This document shows, one piece after another, positions 1 through 9,781 of a DNA stretch of 38,026 nt. The stretch spans positions 1 through 38,026 of the forward strand of contig JAVZCV010000008.1 of NCBI GenBank assembly GCA_038874215.1, given 5' to 3'. A program made the position numbers and the translations under genes. The notes below the pieces were generated by a model. The model searched no databases. It was not told where the DNA came from and saw only the letters and a list, made by a program, of their open reading frames with translations. Positions within the stretch are counted from its first letter, which is position 1. Each line of letters opens with the position of its first letter. Source of the stretch: Candidatus Micrarchaeia archaeon (lineage in GTDB: Archaea > Micrarchaeota > Micrarchaeia > Burarchaeales > JAVZCV01).

Positions 1-269
1 TCAACTACTGCATCTCTTTTCGCAAGCCCAAGCCCAATCGCAACGGAAACGGATTTTTCTCCAACAAGGTTTATTGATTGTGCGCTCAGGAGTTCTCTCT
101 CAACCTCCTCCCTTTCTGATTTGCTCCCTTCGTAAAATGCGCAGTATTTTTCAAGATCAAGAACTCGCCCGTTTCCCTCAAACCTCTTTCCGAGCAATTC
201 CTTATCGCAAACCGCGACGATTTTTATCTGCTTTCCCTCAAACATTCTTGTATATACCCGCATCATCAT
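1..269 (-). CDS. DUF424-family conserved archaeal protein (runs off the window edge)
   Basis: Not in the ORF track. Manual minus-strand translation from ATG at 269: MMMRVYTRMFEGKQIKIVAVCDKELLGKRFEG...FYEG...AQSINLVGEKSVSVAIGLG. Matches the VAVCD-ELLGK / FYxG / NLVG pattern of DUF424. GTGAG RBS just upstream. Confidence 0.85.
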   Translation of the reverse strand, partial: MMMRVYTRMFEGKQIKIVAVCDKELLGKRFEGNGRVLDLEKYCAFYEGSKSEREEVERELLSAQSINLVGEKSVSVAIGLGLAKRDAVV

Positions 270-293
270 TAACTCACTATCCCATTTAGCCGC

Positions 294-1817
294 TCAGCCC
301 TTAACATCTGTGGCATGCATGAAGAGGAAGGCGCATGAGAAGAGCCAGCTATACCATGTGAGCCAGAACATGCTTATAACGTCTGAACGGAGGAAAGAAA
401 CGAAGGCAACTATCAAGAGGATGAGAGCGAGGCCTGTTTCGTATTTCGTTGATTTCAGTGCGTCAATGAGGTTCATTCTGCGCCCACGCTGTTCCGCTGT
501 CATAACGAACCTCGTGGGAAGCCTAAGAATACCGACGACAAGGGCGCGGACACGGACGATTGCAGCAGCGAAATTAAGGAAGAATGCGAGCAGGCCTGAG
601 CGGAAAGAGCCGAAGTAGAGCTTCGCTCCAAGCACTACGAGGAATATGATTGCGAATATGTAGGTTATCGCCATTATTTTTGCGTATTCTGGCAGTATAA
701 CCTGCGAGTAGAGACTTCTAAGACTTATATCGTAGAAGACGAATGCGAGAGTCATAAATGTGTAGAATACGAAGAGATAGGAGAGATAGACATAACCGAA
801 AGTCTGGCTCAGATAGTGAAGGTTCCTCTCAAAATCAAGCCTCCTGAAATTCCTCAGGTAATCCCCGATTATCCAGCTGTTCCCTATTGTATAGCGCCAT
901 TGCTGTGCAAGGAATGTGCTGAAGCTCTCTATCGCCTTTCCGAGCGCATAGCGCTTTGGCACGAAAACCCCGCCCATGCCCATCATGTCTGCTTTGAATG
1001 CAAAGGCGAGGTCCTCGGTTGGGGAATCTGGGAAGCCACCCACTTTCTTCCAAACAGAACGTCGCACAAGCCCGCACGAGCCGCAGAACATCGTGCTTTT
1101 CGTTAGGCTCCTAACAGGTTGCATGAACTTATAGAAAAACAGGTAGTAGACATTCACAGCATTCGCGAAGAAACTGCCTGGCTCAAACTCTTTCAGCGTC
1201 TGCACAAAACCGACATCCTTCTCTAGATATGGGAGGGTTTCAAGCAGAAAATTCGGGTCTGTCAGCCTCTCATCTGCGTCAAAAATCGCAATTACCTCTT
1301 CTTTTCTCCCCTTCAAAAATTTGTTTAACACATAGCTCTTCAACCTGATTGGATTTTCCATGAAGATGTAGTTGAAGCCTATTCTATTGCAGAACTGCTC
1401 AAGCTCTTTGGAGGGTTTGTCAGAGTTGTCAATAAGATGGAACGAAATTCTGTCCGAAGGATAGTTAAGGCTTTTCAGGGAAGCGAGGTTCTCCTTTACC
1501 ATCTCCTCGTCTTCATTTCTGCACGGGACAACAACAACTACTCTGGGCAGCCTGCCCTTAATCTTGCGGGGTACGAACTTATCAAGCCCGTAAGAGCGGA
1601 TGTAGTAGTAGCAGCCCACGATATTGAAAATCGTATTTATGGTGAGCAGGAATATGAACAAAGCGGAAAGTAGCTTCTCACCCGGTGTCGTTGTTATGAA
1701 AAAAAGTAGCGTGAAACCGTAGATGAGGCCTCCGAAGGATATCAGCAATATTAAGAAGGTGAGTGCCCACCGCACCAGCAAATCCCTTTGCATAAAACCA
1801 CGGCCCAACCCCTGCAT
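294..1817 (-). CDS. Processive GT2 glycosyltransferase (cellulose synthase/BcsA-like), multi-TM
   Basis: Two N-terminal TMs; VVVPCRNE, IDNS, FDAD (DxD), VQT, FCGS, TED and QQWRY (QxxRW variant) motifs; several C-terminal TMs. Start may be ATG 1793. Confidence 0.88.
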   Translation of the reverse strand: MQGLGRGFMQRDLLVRWALTFLILLISFGGLIYGFTLLFFITTTPGEKLLSALFIFLLTINTIFNIVGCYYYIRSYGLDKFVPRKIKGRLPRVVVVVPCRNEDEEMVKENLASLKSLNYPSDRISFHLIDNSDKPSKELEQFCNRIGFNYIFMENPIRLKSYVLNKFLKGRKEEVIAIFDADERLTDPNFLLETLPYLEKDVGFVQTLKEFEPGSFFANAVNVYYLFFYKFMQPVRSLTKSTMFCGSCGLVRRSVWKKVGGFPDSPTEDLAFAFKADMMGMGGVFVPKRYALGKAIESFSTFLAQQWRYTIGNSWIIGDYLRNFRRLDFERNLHYLSQTFGYVYLSYLFVFYTFMTLAFVFYDISLRSLYSQVILPEYAKIMAITYIFAIIFLVVLGAKLYFGSFRSGLLAFFLNFAAAIVRVRALVVGILRLPTRFVMTAEQRGRRMNLIDALKSTKYETGLALILLIVAFVSFLRSDVISMFWLTWYSWLFSCAFLFMHATDVKG

Positions 1818-1882
1818 GGCTCTAATATTTCTTTGTGTATATGTATATAAGGATATGCTAACCTCCGAATGCTGTTGGGTTT

Positions 1883-2512
1883 CTATGAGCCGAATATTTT
1901 CCTAAGCTCCTCTTCGCTTTTGTATCCCTCGTATCTTGCCCCTCGGTAGAAGAAGACGGGCACTCTGACGACCCCGAATTCAGAGCGCAATGCTCGGACA
2001 GCGGCATTATCAACATTCACATCAAAATGGTATATTATTGCGTTGGGAGGCTTTGAGCGCATGAGAGGAATGCCGAGGTCCGTCGCCTCAGTATAGTTTT
2101 CGTTTGAATAGAAATAGATTATTGGCTCAATTGAAACGTTGCAGCGCTCCCTCATCCTTTGGAGGAGAAGATAGTTGCGCGCCTGCATAAGAGCATAGTT
2201 TGATTTCAAGGAGAGGACATCAGAGTCCATTTTGCCCTTCTTTTTTTCAAGGAGGTCTATCTTCCACCCGAATTCATCTGTTTGGGCGCTCATGCGTGCA
2301 AGCTCTTCTTCGTATAAGCGGCAGGACAGGTTGCCCCCTATTAGCGTGAGTATCTCAAGAGAGTAATCCTCTGTTTTCATGCGCTCAAGCATGCTCTCCA
2401 TATCCGTGCTCGTCCTATAGCCCATGTTCCATCCTAAAAGAAAAGCGATTATGAAGAGAAGTGAGGAGACGAAAAGGGCTGTTATTATGGGCATGCTTAT
2501 CTTCCTCGCCAT
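1883..2512 (-). CDS. Membrane-anchored hypothetical protein with a thioredoxin-like C-terminus (no CxxC)
   Basis: N-terminal TM, helical stalk, then IIYFYS...HFDVN...LRSEFGVVRVPVFFYRGARYEG resembling a Trx fold. Overlaps the upstream GT2 gene. Confidence 0.65.
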   Translation of the reverse strand: MARKISMPIITALFVSSLLFIIAFLLGWNMGYRTSTDMESMLERMKTEDYSLEILTLIGGNLSCRLYEEELARMSAQTDEFGWKIDLLEKKKGKMDSDVLSLKSNYALMQARNYLLLQRMRERCNVSIEPIIYFYSNENYTEATDLGIPLMRSKPPNAIIYHFDVNVDNAAVRALRSEFGVVRVPVFFYRGARYEGYKSEEELRKIFGS

Positions 2513-3657
2513 TTATTCTCAACCCCCATGACAGCATTTTTTACATACGAGATTATGGAGAGAATCCAGAAAAAAACCATGAAAATATGTATGATAGCGC
2601 CTGAAATTAAAAACCAGAGTATGCCCCTCTCGCCTACGCTTCTCATGCTCATGCCCCCAAGAATGACATTTGTGCAGATGGCGAGGAGGGAGACAAACGC
2701 AAGCGGAACAGAGTCAAAGGGAAACGGGTTGTATGTGAAAATTGGCTTAAAGAAAACGATGTTGCGCATGAAAACAGTAATCCCGAGTGTTATTATCGCT
2801 GCTATGACGCCGTATATCAGCGCAAAATCGCCATATTTTGGGGATAGCATGCCGGCATATTTTATAGTGTTCTGAATATAGCCGATGTACCATCTTCGTC
2901 TCTGTTTGTAAAGAGCAGCCAGATTCTCTGGCACATGGGTATGGACTACTGCTTTAAGCGAACACCGTATCTTGTATCCTGCTTTCTGTATGCGGAGCGC
3001 GATTTCGTGGTCCTCTGTAAGCGTATTTTCATCAAAGCCGCCCAGCCTTCTCAGAACCTCTGCACGGTATATGCTGAATGGCCCTGGTGTCACATATATA
3101 CTATCAAGAAGGGAGAGCAGCTTTTTCGGTAGCGCAACCGAGATGTATTCAAACCATTGTAGCTTTTGGATTGCGGTCGTTGGCTCTGCAACCTTCAGAG
3201 TAGGTATAACGGCGGCAACCTTCTGGTCCTCAAAATAACCCAACATATGCTGCGGTGCATCTTTTGAGACAAACGAATCCGCATCAAGAACCGCTATGAG
3301 CTCGCCTTTTGCCACTTTTATTCCCTCATTTAGGGCATGCGCTTTGCCCATGTTTTTTCTGAGTTTTATTAGGCGGGCTCCTACGTTGGAATAGCCTGCT
3401 ACTACACCTGCGGTTCTATCAGTGCTCCCATCATCTACAACGATTATTTCCATAGGATAGTCCGTTTCAAGAAGGGAATTTATGCACCTGCCTATTCTTT
3501 TCTCTTCGTTGTGCGCTGGTATGATAACGCTTAATGAGTAGGCCTTTTTGGGTTGCGGGTCATCAAGCCCGTTCTCCTGCTCAATGTATGTAAAAATGAG
3601 TATGAATGAGAAGAAAACTGCGAGGAATGCGAGCACGTATGCAAGAAAGCCGAACAT
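2497..3657 (-). CDS. GT2 glycosyltransferase (PgaC/IcaA-like, processive)
   Basis: IIPAHNEE, VVDDGSTD, GKAHALN, LDAD, TEDHE and QRRRW motifs; TMs at both ends. Confidence 0.92.
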   Translation of the reverse strand: MFGFLAYVLAFLAVFFSFILIFTYIEQENGLDDPQPKKAYSLSVIIPAHNEEKRIGRCINSLLETDYPMEIIVVDDGSTDRTAGVVAGYSNVGARLIKLRKNMGKAHALNEGIKVAKGELIAVLDADSFVSKDAPQHMLGYFEDQKVAAVIPTLKVAEPTTAIQKLQWFEYISVALPKKLLSLLDSIYVTPGPFSIYRAEVLRRLGGFDENTLTEDHEIALRIQKAGYKIRCSLKAVVHTHVPENLAALYKQRRRWYIGYIQNTIKYAGMLSPKYGDFALIYGVIAAIITLGITVFMRNIVFFKPIFTYNPFPFDSVPLAFVSLLAICTNVILGGMSMRSVGERGILWFLISGAIIHIFMVFFWILSIISYVKNAVMGVENKWRGR

Positions 3658-3659
3658 TT

Positions 3660-5045
3660 TTACCCGTATCTTTTTCTGAACACATGAATAAAACCATTAT
3701 CATAAACCCTGTCTGCTTCTTCGATTGGCAAAAAGCGCTTTTTGTATGTGCCTTCTCTCCAATCGTAAGAGATATCATCAAGAACAAACAGGGTGATGTT
3801 GTATTTTTCAAGCACAGAGATGTTTGTTGAGTTGTAGAAATAATCTTGTGCGAGGAACTTCTCTTCATCCGCATACTCCACATAGAGGTCTGCGAGAACT
3901 GGCCTCCTGCCGAAAAGCGTCTCTATATGGCTGTATATGGGATTTATCGCTAAACGGCTTTCGGATGGTGTGTTTTCGTTTATAAAACGCATCGGTGAGA
4001 GGCACATGTGGTTCGCAACGCCCCAGACACACCAGTGCGTGCTTCCCGAGTAGATGATTGGGATGAATACAAAATTGCCAAGAGGAAAGAGCATTACGGC
4101 AAGCCAAACATATTTTGAACGAATGTAGTCCTGAAAAATTGAAGGAAAGAGGGATGCAAGAAGAAGCGTGAGAGCGATGTCAACTCGGAATGAGATGTAT
4201 GCGTATATCAGGACAAGTAGCAGAAGGAGAGCTGTTTGAATTCTGTATTTAGTTAAGAAACCGTATGCGCATGCAATTATAAGCGGTATGAGGAACTGGA
4301 ACTGGTACTGCATACCGTTAAACCCATACGTAGAGAGATAGCCCCATCGTGTAGGGACTATTTCGTTTGGCATCCCATACCGCAAAATTATGGGAAGCAT
4401 GAAAATTGATGAGAGGAGCAGAGCAGGAATCAGGATGTAGGCGTATGTTACTATCTCCTCTTTTTTTATCTCAAAGCGCCGATATGCGTAGAGAAAGAAC
4501 GGGAATAAGAATGCGGTAAGCGGATGGAAGGCAAAGGCTAACGAAATGGAGATGGTGGAGATTACGCGCCTTTTATCAATGAATATAATTCCGATATTGA
4601 GAAGCGTTAGGGCGATTATGTGGAGGGAGATTGCGGTTGCAGTCATTGGAACGAAGCATTCAGACAAGAATATGAGGGATGCGAGTATGCGCTCCCTCCT
4701 TCCATACTTGAAGAAAAGGGCGTATGTGCTTGCGGCGAAAAAGAAAACGGAGAGTATATGGAGCCAGTTGTGCATCGCCATATAATCCGTGCAGAAAAGT
4801 GCGTCGGTGATTCGTGCAATGCTAGCCCCGAATTCAAAGAATGCAGGAGGGTATGTAAACCATCTTCCAAGATAGCTGAGCTCGTCAAAATAGAGGGTTG
4901 TACCTCTTTCAAATGTCATTTGTGCGTGCCTCGTGTAAAAAGAACCCCAAACATCAGAATAACCGAATAGGAGGTTGAGCAGGAGCACGTATGCTGTGAT
5001 ACAGACTGCAAACGCTAACGCTTCCTTCTCAATATCAGATAGCAT
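3660..5045 (-). CDS. Polytopic membrane protein, probable GT-C-type glycosyltransferase
   Basis: About 10 hydrophobic segments; D-x(3-4)-FY and YPP in the first loop, FHP motif, soluble C-terminal domain (LEKYNITLFV) typical of archaeal GT-C-like proteins. Confidence 0.55.
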   Translation of the reverse strand: MLSDIEKEALAFAVCITAYVLLLNLLFGYSDVWGSFYTRHAQMTFERGTTLYFDELSYLGRWFTYPPAFFEFGASIARITDALFCTDYMAMHNWLHILSVFFFAASTYALFFKYGRRERILASLIFLSECFVPMTATAISLHIIALTLLNIGIIFIDKRRVISTISISLAFAFHPLTAFLFPFFLYAYRRFEIKKEEIVTYAYILIPALLLSSIFMLPIILRYGMPNEIVPTRWGYLSTYGFNGMQYQFQFLIPLIIACAYGFLTKYRIQTALLLLLVLIYAYISFRVDIALTLLLASLFPSIFQDYIRSKYVWLAVMLFPLGNFVFIPIIYSGSTHWCVWGVANHMCLSPMRFINENTPSESRLAINPIYSHIETLFGRRPVLADLYVEYADEEKFLAQDYFYNSTNISVLEKYNITLFVLDDISYDWREGTYKKRFLPIEEADRVYDNGFIHVFRKRYG

Positions 5046-5836
5046 AAAACCACCATTGAGGCCGATGAAACAAGGGAAACTACTGTTGAGGGAAAAAACT
5101 GTGAAAGATGGAAGTTTAGAGTTAAGGAGGAGATGGTGAAAACAAGGGAGAAAAATAGGAGCTCAATGAAGCATGAAGAAAGAAGAAATGCGAAGAGGAG
5201 AGATAAGAGAACGAGCAGAATTTCAAAGCCCGAATTGCTTCTATCCGCTTTTACATGCTCTGTTGCCTGAAAACCTAAAAAATCAACGCGCACGTTATGC
5301 TCCCCGCAAGAGATCGGATATCTTTCAGTAAAGTTGAAGGGACCGCTTATGTAGTATGCTGGCTCGGCAATCTTTTTCCCATCAACAGAGATGAGCGCTC
5401 GCTCATATCCTCTTGTGTGACCTTCTCCCCACATGTTTATGAAAAGCGTTCTGTTCGCATAGAAAAAAGAGAAAAAGACGTTTGCAACGCCACTCCCGTT
5501 TAGCGGAATAAAGGATATTCGCCGCTCCCCGCATGTTAGATTGAAGATTCGTGGGCTGCAGTTGAAAAAAAGCATGTTTTCGCCTTTTTTGAGAGTTATT
5601 GGAACGGTTCCGCATGCATCAAGGATACACGTTTCGTTATGGCTTGAAAACACAGAGGCGTGGGAACTTCCGTACTCTTTCAGGTATATCTCATGTGGTT
5701 CCGGGATTTTGAACCAGTTGAAGTTCACGAGCGTGAAAAGTTCATAGTGCTTGTAGAAAGCATAGGAGAAGAGTAGCACGATTGAAAGTGCTACGAGCTT
5801 TTCGTCAATTTCTACTGATGCGATTCTGAACTTCAT
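5015..5836 (-). CDS. Hypothetical membrane protein with an extracellular beta-rich domain
   Basis: 273-aa ORF with N-terminal TM, a Cys- and N-x-S/T-containing soluble part and 3 C-terminal TMs. Overlaps both neighbours. Confidence 0.6.
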   Translation of the reverse strand: MKFRIASVEIDEKLVALSIVLLFSYAFYKHYELFTLVNFNWFKIPEPHEIYLKEYGSSHASVFSSHNETCILDACGTVPITLKKGENMLFFNCSPRIFNLTCGERRISFIPLNGSGVANVFFSFFYANRTLFINMWGEGHTRGYERALISVDGKKIAEPAYYISGPFNFTERYPISCGEHNVRVDFLGFQATEHVKADRSNSGFEILLVLLSLLFAFLLSSCFIELLFFSLVFTISSLTLNFHLSQFFPSTVVSLVSSASMVVLCYLILRRKR

Positions 5837-7041
5837 GGATTTACCTTTTTATCCATAAACTCTCGTAGGAGAGATGTTGCATACGAGCCAGCTGGAAGAG
5901 AGAATAAAAACGTATTCCCATGAAAAGCAAAATCCTTCACTGGAACGAGCAACGCTCTTTTTGTTCCTTTTGAGCTGAGCTCGGGATAGGAACGAATTTT
6001 GAAGTCTTCTTTTTTTATCCCCTCTTCTTCTAAAAGCTCTTTTTCTGCCTCTGTTAATTCCGACTGGTATCCTATCACGTTGCCAAGTATAAAGTCTTCC
6101 CCCTTAACATTCTCGTCGGGGAAGCCATAGAAATTTTTCCCGCACGCCAAATCTCCTTTTTCTATCTCAAATCCTTCCTTTATTCTTTTGCTTAGGATTA
6201 GGTTGAAAAGGTAGGCTTGGTATGCATGGACAAACATTAGGGCAATACTGCGCGGTATTCTCCTCATGGCGTTTACATAGTCACGGGGGTGTTTTGCGAG
6301 ATGCGTGAGCATAGCACGCTCGTATTTCAGATGTTTGGGGAAATTTTTGAGGGCTTCTTTGTAATCCTGCTTCTCTGCAAGCATTGTCCTCGCCGCCACC
6401 GCTTCTTCATTTGTCTCACTGCCAACCCAAGTGAGGTATGATAACACTGCTGACTCAAAATCGTTTTTAACGATATGTTTGCCGATGAGGTGCGTGTTCC
6501 CTCTCACGCTGCCAAACCTTTGTATTCCAAAGTAATTCGGTATCAAGCCGCCGAGTTCCCCCCATATTTTTTTAACGGTTTCCTCTGCGTTTTTATCAGC
6601 GCCCGTAATCCTTATAATAAACTTGTTTCCGAGCAGCTCGCCCATTTCTATCTTTTTCTTCGCCTGCCCGATGAAGCGCGTTTTTATATCTTTTATCGCT
6701 GGCAGTTCTGTAAGCTTATAAGCCGATATGAGTTGTGTTGTTATCGCAACTCTGTCCTTTGTACCTGCAAAAGAAAAGCGCTTTGGACTCACTCCAGCTT
6801 TTTTTGCAATTGCGGCTATTGCGCCCGAAGTATCCCAGTTTTTCTTTTCAAGCACGAAGATGGAGAAATCCCCATCCTCTTCGTAGCGCAGCTCGGTATC
6901 AAGCGTGATGATGCTGCCATTCGGCGCTATCTCGTTGACTACAAAATCTTCGGGTATGCTTTTTATATTGCCCCCTATTCCATGCGCCTTGGAAAAATGC
7001 GCAAGAGCTGCAATGTGCTCGCACGCACCTTGCAATTCCAT
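5833..7041 (-). CDS. truD: tRNA pseudouridine(13) synthase TruD
   Basis: PEDFVVNE, FAGTKDRVAITTQ (catalytic Asp), GNKF, PNYFGIQRFG, HAYQAYLFN and FSLPAGSYAT motifs. Start taken at ATG 7041. Confidence 0.96.
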   Translation of the reverse strand: MELQGACEHIAALAHFSKAHGIGGNIKSIPEDFVVNEIAPNGSIITLDTELRYEEDGDFSIFVLEKKNWDTSGAIAAIAKKAGVSPKRFSFAGTKDRVAITTQLISAYKLTELPAIKDIKTRFIGQAKKKIEMGELLGNKFIIRITGADKNAEETVKKIWGELGGLIPNYFGIQRFGSVRGNTHLIGKHIVKNDFESAVLSYLTWVGSETNEEAVAARTMLAEKQDYKEALKNFPKHLKYERAMLTHLAKHPRDYVNAMRRIPRSIALMFVHAYQAYLFNLILSKRIKEGFEIEKGDLACGKNFYGFPDENVKGEDFILGNVIGYQSELTEAEKELLEEEGIKKEDFKIRSYPELSSKGTKRALLVPVKDFAFHGNTFLFSLPAGSYATSLLREFMDKKVNP

Positions 7042-7112
7042 GAGGAGAATAAGATAGGAATAAATAAATATACAACAACGGTATATCATACCTCAACGGT
7101 TGAGGTATAATC

Positions 7113-7676
7113 ATGAAATTTGAAGAGGTAGAAGGTGCGCTTGAGAAAATTGAGGGTAAGCCCATAGTCCTATTCACTGTAAGCTCAAAGCACTATGCGG
7201 AATTCAATTTCTATCTTCTCAAGATATTTGTGGAAAAAAAAGGGTATGGCGGCATATACGTTACAATAAATATGCCGTATAAGGTACTGATCAAAAAGCT
7301 TGAGAAGCATGGGATACCGACTGGGAATATACAATTCATAGATGTGATAACGAAATTCGTTGCATGGGATACTGTTGACACTCCGAACTGCCATTTTATA
7401 AGCAACCCCACCGACCTAACGGGAATAGGAATCAGCATAGACCATGCGGCGGAGAATTTTAAGGACAAGGATACAATACTGTTCCTTGATTCCCTCTCTA
7501 CGTTGTTTATATACAACCATGCGCATGATGTCACGCGCTTCATGCATTTTTTGATAAGCAAATTGAGGATACACAACATAGGGGCAGTTTTCATAACGGT
7601 AGAGGAGGATATTGACAGCGGGGTTATGAGCACAATATTCCAGCTTTGTGATAGGATAATTCCTGTAGAATTCTAG
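7113..7676 (+). CDS. Degenerate KaiC/RecA-fold protein lacking Walker A
   Basis: GIYVT, IQFID, PTDLTGIGI, LFLDSLSTLFIYN and QLCD motifs; no GxxGxGKT. Confidence 0.75.
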   Translation: MKFEEVEGALEKIEGKPIVLFTVSSKHYAEFNFYLLKIFVEKKGYGGIYVTINMPYKVLIKKLEKHGIPTGNIQFIDVITKFVAWDTVDTPNCHFISNPTDLTGIGISIDHAAENFKDKDTILFLDSLSTLFIYNHAHDVTRFMHFLISKLRIHNIGAVFITVEEDIDSGVMSTIFQLCDRIIPVEF

Positions 7677-7730
7677 CTTTTGCTTGCGAGGATATGCTTT
7701 TTTTAATTTTATAGACTAAACGGGCTACGC

Positions 7731-9743
7731 ATGCAACTCATCATATGCGAAAAGCCGAAAGTTGCGGAGAAAGTTGCACGAGCACTATCGGAAGGGGCGA
7801 TTGCAAAGAAGAGGTTCGGAAGGGCATCATATTTTGTTTTTTCTCGCAAAGGCAAGGAGGTGGTGGTTGCACCTTCCGTTGGGCATGTTTTTACATTGGT
7901 GGAAAAAACAAAGGGAGGGAATTACCCTGTTTTTGATGTTGAGTGGGCTCCAACATATATGCTTGGGAACGCAACCTATTCCAAGGATTATGTCAATATG
8001 CTTGCGCACTTGGCGAAGAGGGCGGAGGAATACATTAATTCGTGCGACTACGATATTGAGGGCTCGCTCATAGGCTATAACATAATGCGGTTTCTTTGCG
8101 GTGAAGGAAAAAGGACGCGCATGAGGTTCTCAATGCTCACATCCGAGGAACTCGTTAAAGCGTATGAAAACCGTGGCGAGCTTGACGTTTTGAATGCGGT
8201 TGCGGGTGAAACAAGGCATTACATAGACTGGTTTTATGGGATAAATTGGAGCAGGGCGCTCATGTCTGCCCTTCAAAGCGCAGGGATAAAAAAGGTTTTG
8301 AGCATAGGAAGGGTTCAGGGCCCTACGCTAAAAATCTTAACACAGAGGGAGCGTGAAATAGCGGCGTTTGTGCCTACTCCATATTGGCAGGTTGTAGCCG
8401 TTTGTAGAGGCGTTGAGTTTCTACACGAAAAAGAAAAATTTGAAAGGAAGGAGGATGCGGTTGAAGTAAAAAACAGGAGTAAAAATCCTGGGAAGATTTT
8501 TGAAGTAAAAGGTGAAAGAGCAAGGGTCCCTCCTCTGCCGCCCTTTGACCTTACGAGCCTGCAAGTTGAGGCATACAGATGCTTTGGCTTTTCCCCAGAA
8601 CATACTCTTGAATTGGCACAGTCCCTCTACGAGAATTCTGCAATCTCTTATCCGAGAACTGCATCGCAGAAATTACCACGGGAGCTTGGGCTTGCAAACA
8701 TAATAGGGAGGCTTTCTGAAAACCCAGAATATGCGCCCCATGCAAAATCGCTTATTGCTAATAACCGCTTCATACCGCGTGAAGGCAAGAAAACCGACCC
8801 AGCCCATCCAGCCATATTCCCCACAGGAATATTTTTTAAGATGGGAGACAGGGAAAAAAAGCTCTACGATTTGATAGTGAGGAGATTTCTCGCATGCTTT
8901 GCGGAGGAAGCGGTTGTTGAGAAGCAGAAGGTTGGTTTATCGCTGGGGGGCGAGAGGTATTTTGCGGGGGGCTCCCGAATTGTTGAGAAGGGCTGGATTG
9001 ATTTCTATGCGCCTTACGCAAGCATAGAAGAGAAGGTGCTGCCCACATTCAAAGAGGGAGAAAGAGCAGATGCAGAGAAGGTTGTGATAAAGTCTAAAAA
9101 GACGAGGCCGCCAGCAAGATACACGAAAGCGAGCATAATACAGGCGCTTGAGAGCAGAGGTCTTGGAACAAAAGCGACAAGAGCGCAGATTGTTGAGACG
9201 CTTTTCAAAAGGGGTTATGTTGAAGGTAGGAGCATTTGCGTAACAAAACTCGGGATTGCAGTATGCACGACGCTTGAAAAGTACTGCCCCGAGCTACTTG
9301 ATGAAAAGTTCACGCGTGAGTTGGAGGAGAAGATGGATCGCATTCAGACAGGGGAGATTAGAAGGGAGGAGGTTATTGGGGAGGGAAAACGCACCCTTAC
9401 TATGATGTTGGCAAAGTTTAAAGAGGTGGAAAGGGCTGTTGGGCTTGATCTCGCCGCGGGTATTGAAGGCAAGAAGGAAATAGGAAGATGCAAATCGTGC
9501 GGGGCAGGGCTTGTAGTTATAAACACAAGAAAGGGTAGCGTTTTTGTTGGTTGCACGAATTATCCGAAATGCAGGAATACGTACCCCCTTCCCCAAAAGT
9601 CCATATTCAAGGAAACCGGTAAAACATGTGAGGTATGCAAAACTCCTGTTCTTCTCGTTATAAGGGGAAAAACCAAGTTTGAGATGTGCCTTGACCCTAT
9701 GTGTGAAAAAAAGAAAAAGTGGGGTTGGAAGAACTCGCAATGA
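7731..9743 (+). CDS. topA: Type IA DNA topoisomerase with C-terminal Zn ribbons
   Basis: TOPRIM ICEKP and DYDIEG, SIGRVQGPTL, catalytic SYPRT, AHPAI, GLGTKATR; CKSC...GCTNYPKC and CEVC ribbons. Confidence 0.97.
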   Translation: MQLIICEKPKVAEKVARALSEGAIAKKRFGRASYFVFSRKGKEVVVAPSVGHVFTLVEKTKGGNYPVFDVEWAPTYMLGNATYSKDYVNMLAHLAKRAEEYINSCDYDIEGSLIGYNIMRFLCGEGKRTRMRFSMLTSEELVKAYENRGELDVLNAVAGETRHYIDWFYGINWSRALMSALQSAGIKKVLSIGRVQGPTLKILTQREREIAAFVPTPYWQVVAVCRGVEFLHEKEKFERKEDAVEVKNRSKNPGKIFEVKGERARVPPLPPFDLTSLQVEAYRCFGFSPEHTLELAQSLYENSAISYPRTASQKLPRELGLANIIGRLSENPEYAPHAKSLIANNRFIPREGKKTDPAHPAIFPTGIFFKMGDREKKLYDLIVRRFLACFAEEAVVEKQKVGLSLGGERYFAGGSRIVEKGWIDFYAPYASIEEKVLPTFKEGERADAEKVVIKSKKTRPPARYTKASIIQALESRGLGTKATRAQIVETLFKRGYVEGRSICVTKLGIAVCTTLEKYCPELLDEKFTRELEEKMDRIQTGEIRREEVIGEGKRTLTMMLAKFKEVERAVGLDLAAGIEGKKEIGRCKSCGAGLVVINTRKGSVFVGCTNYPKCRNTYPLPQKSIFKETGKTCEVCKTPVLLVIRGKTKFEMCLDPMCEKKKKWGWKNSQ

Positions 9744-9781
9744 TAGAAAGGGTTTTATCATTACAAAGGGTAATGCTCTGC

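Noticed and set aside
6475-7110. 211-aa + strand ORF and similar antisense ORFs over folC, glyA, lhr and the secretion ATPase
   Set aside because: Fully overlap well-supported genes on the opposite strand and show no motifs.
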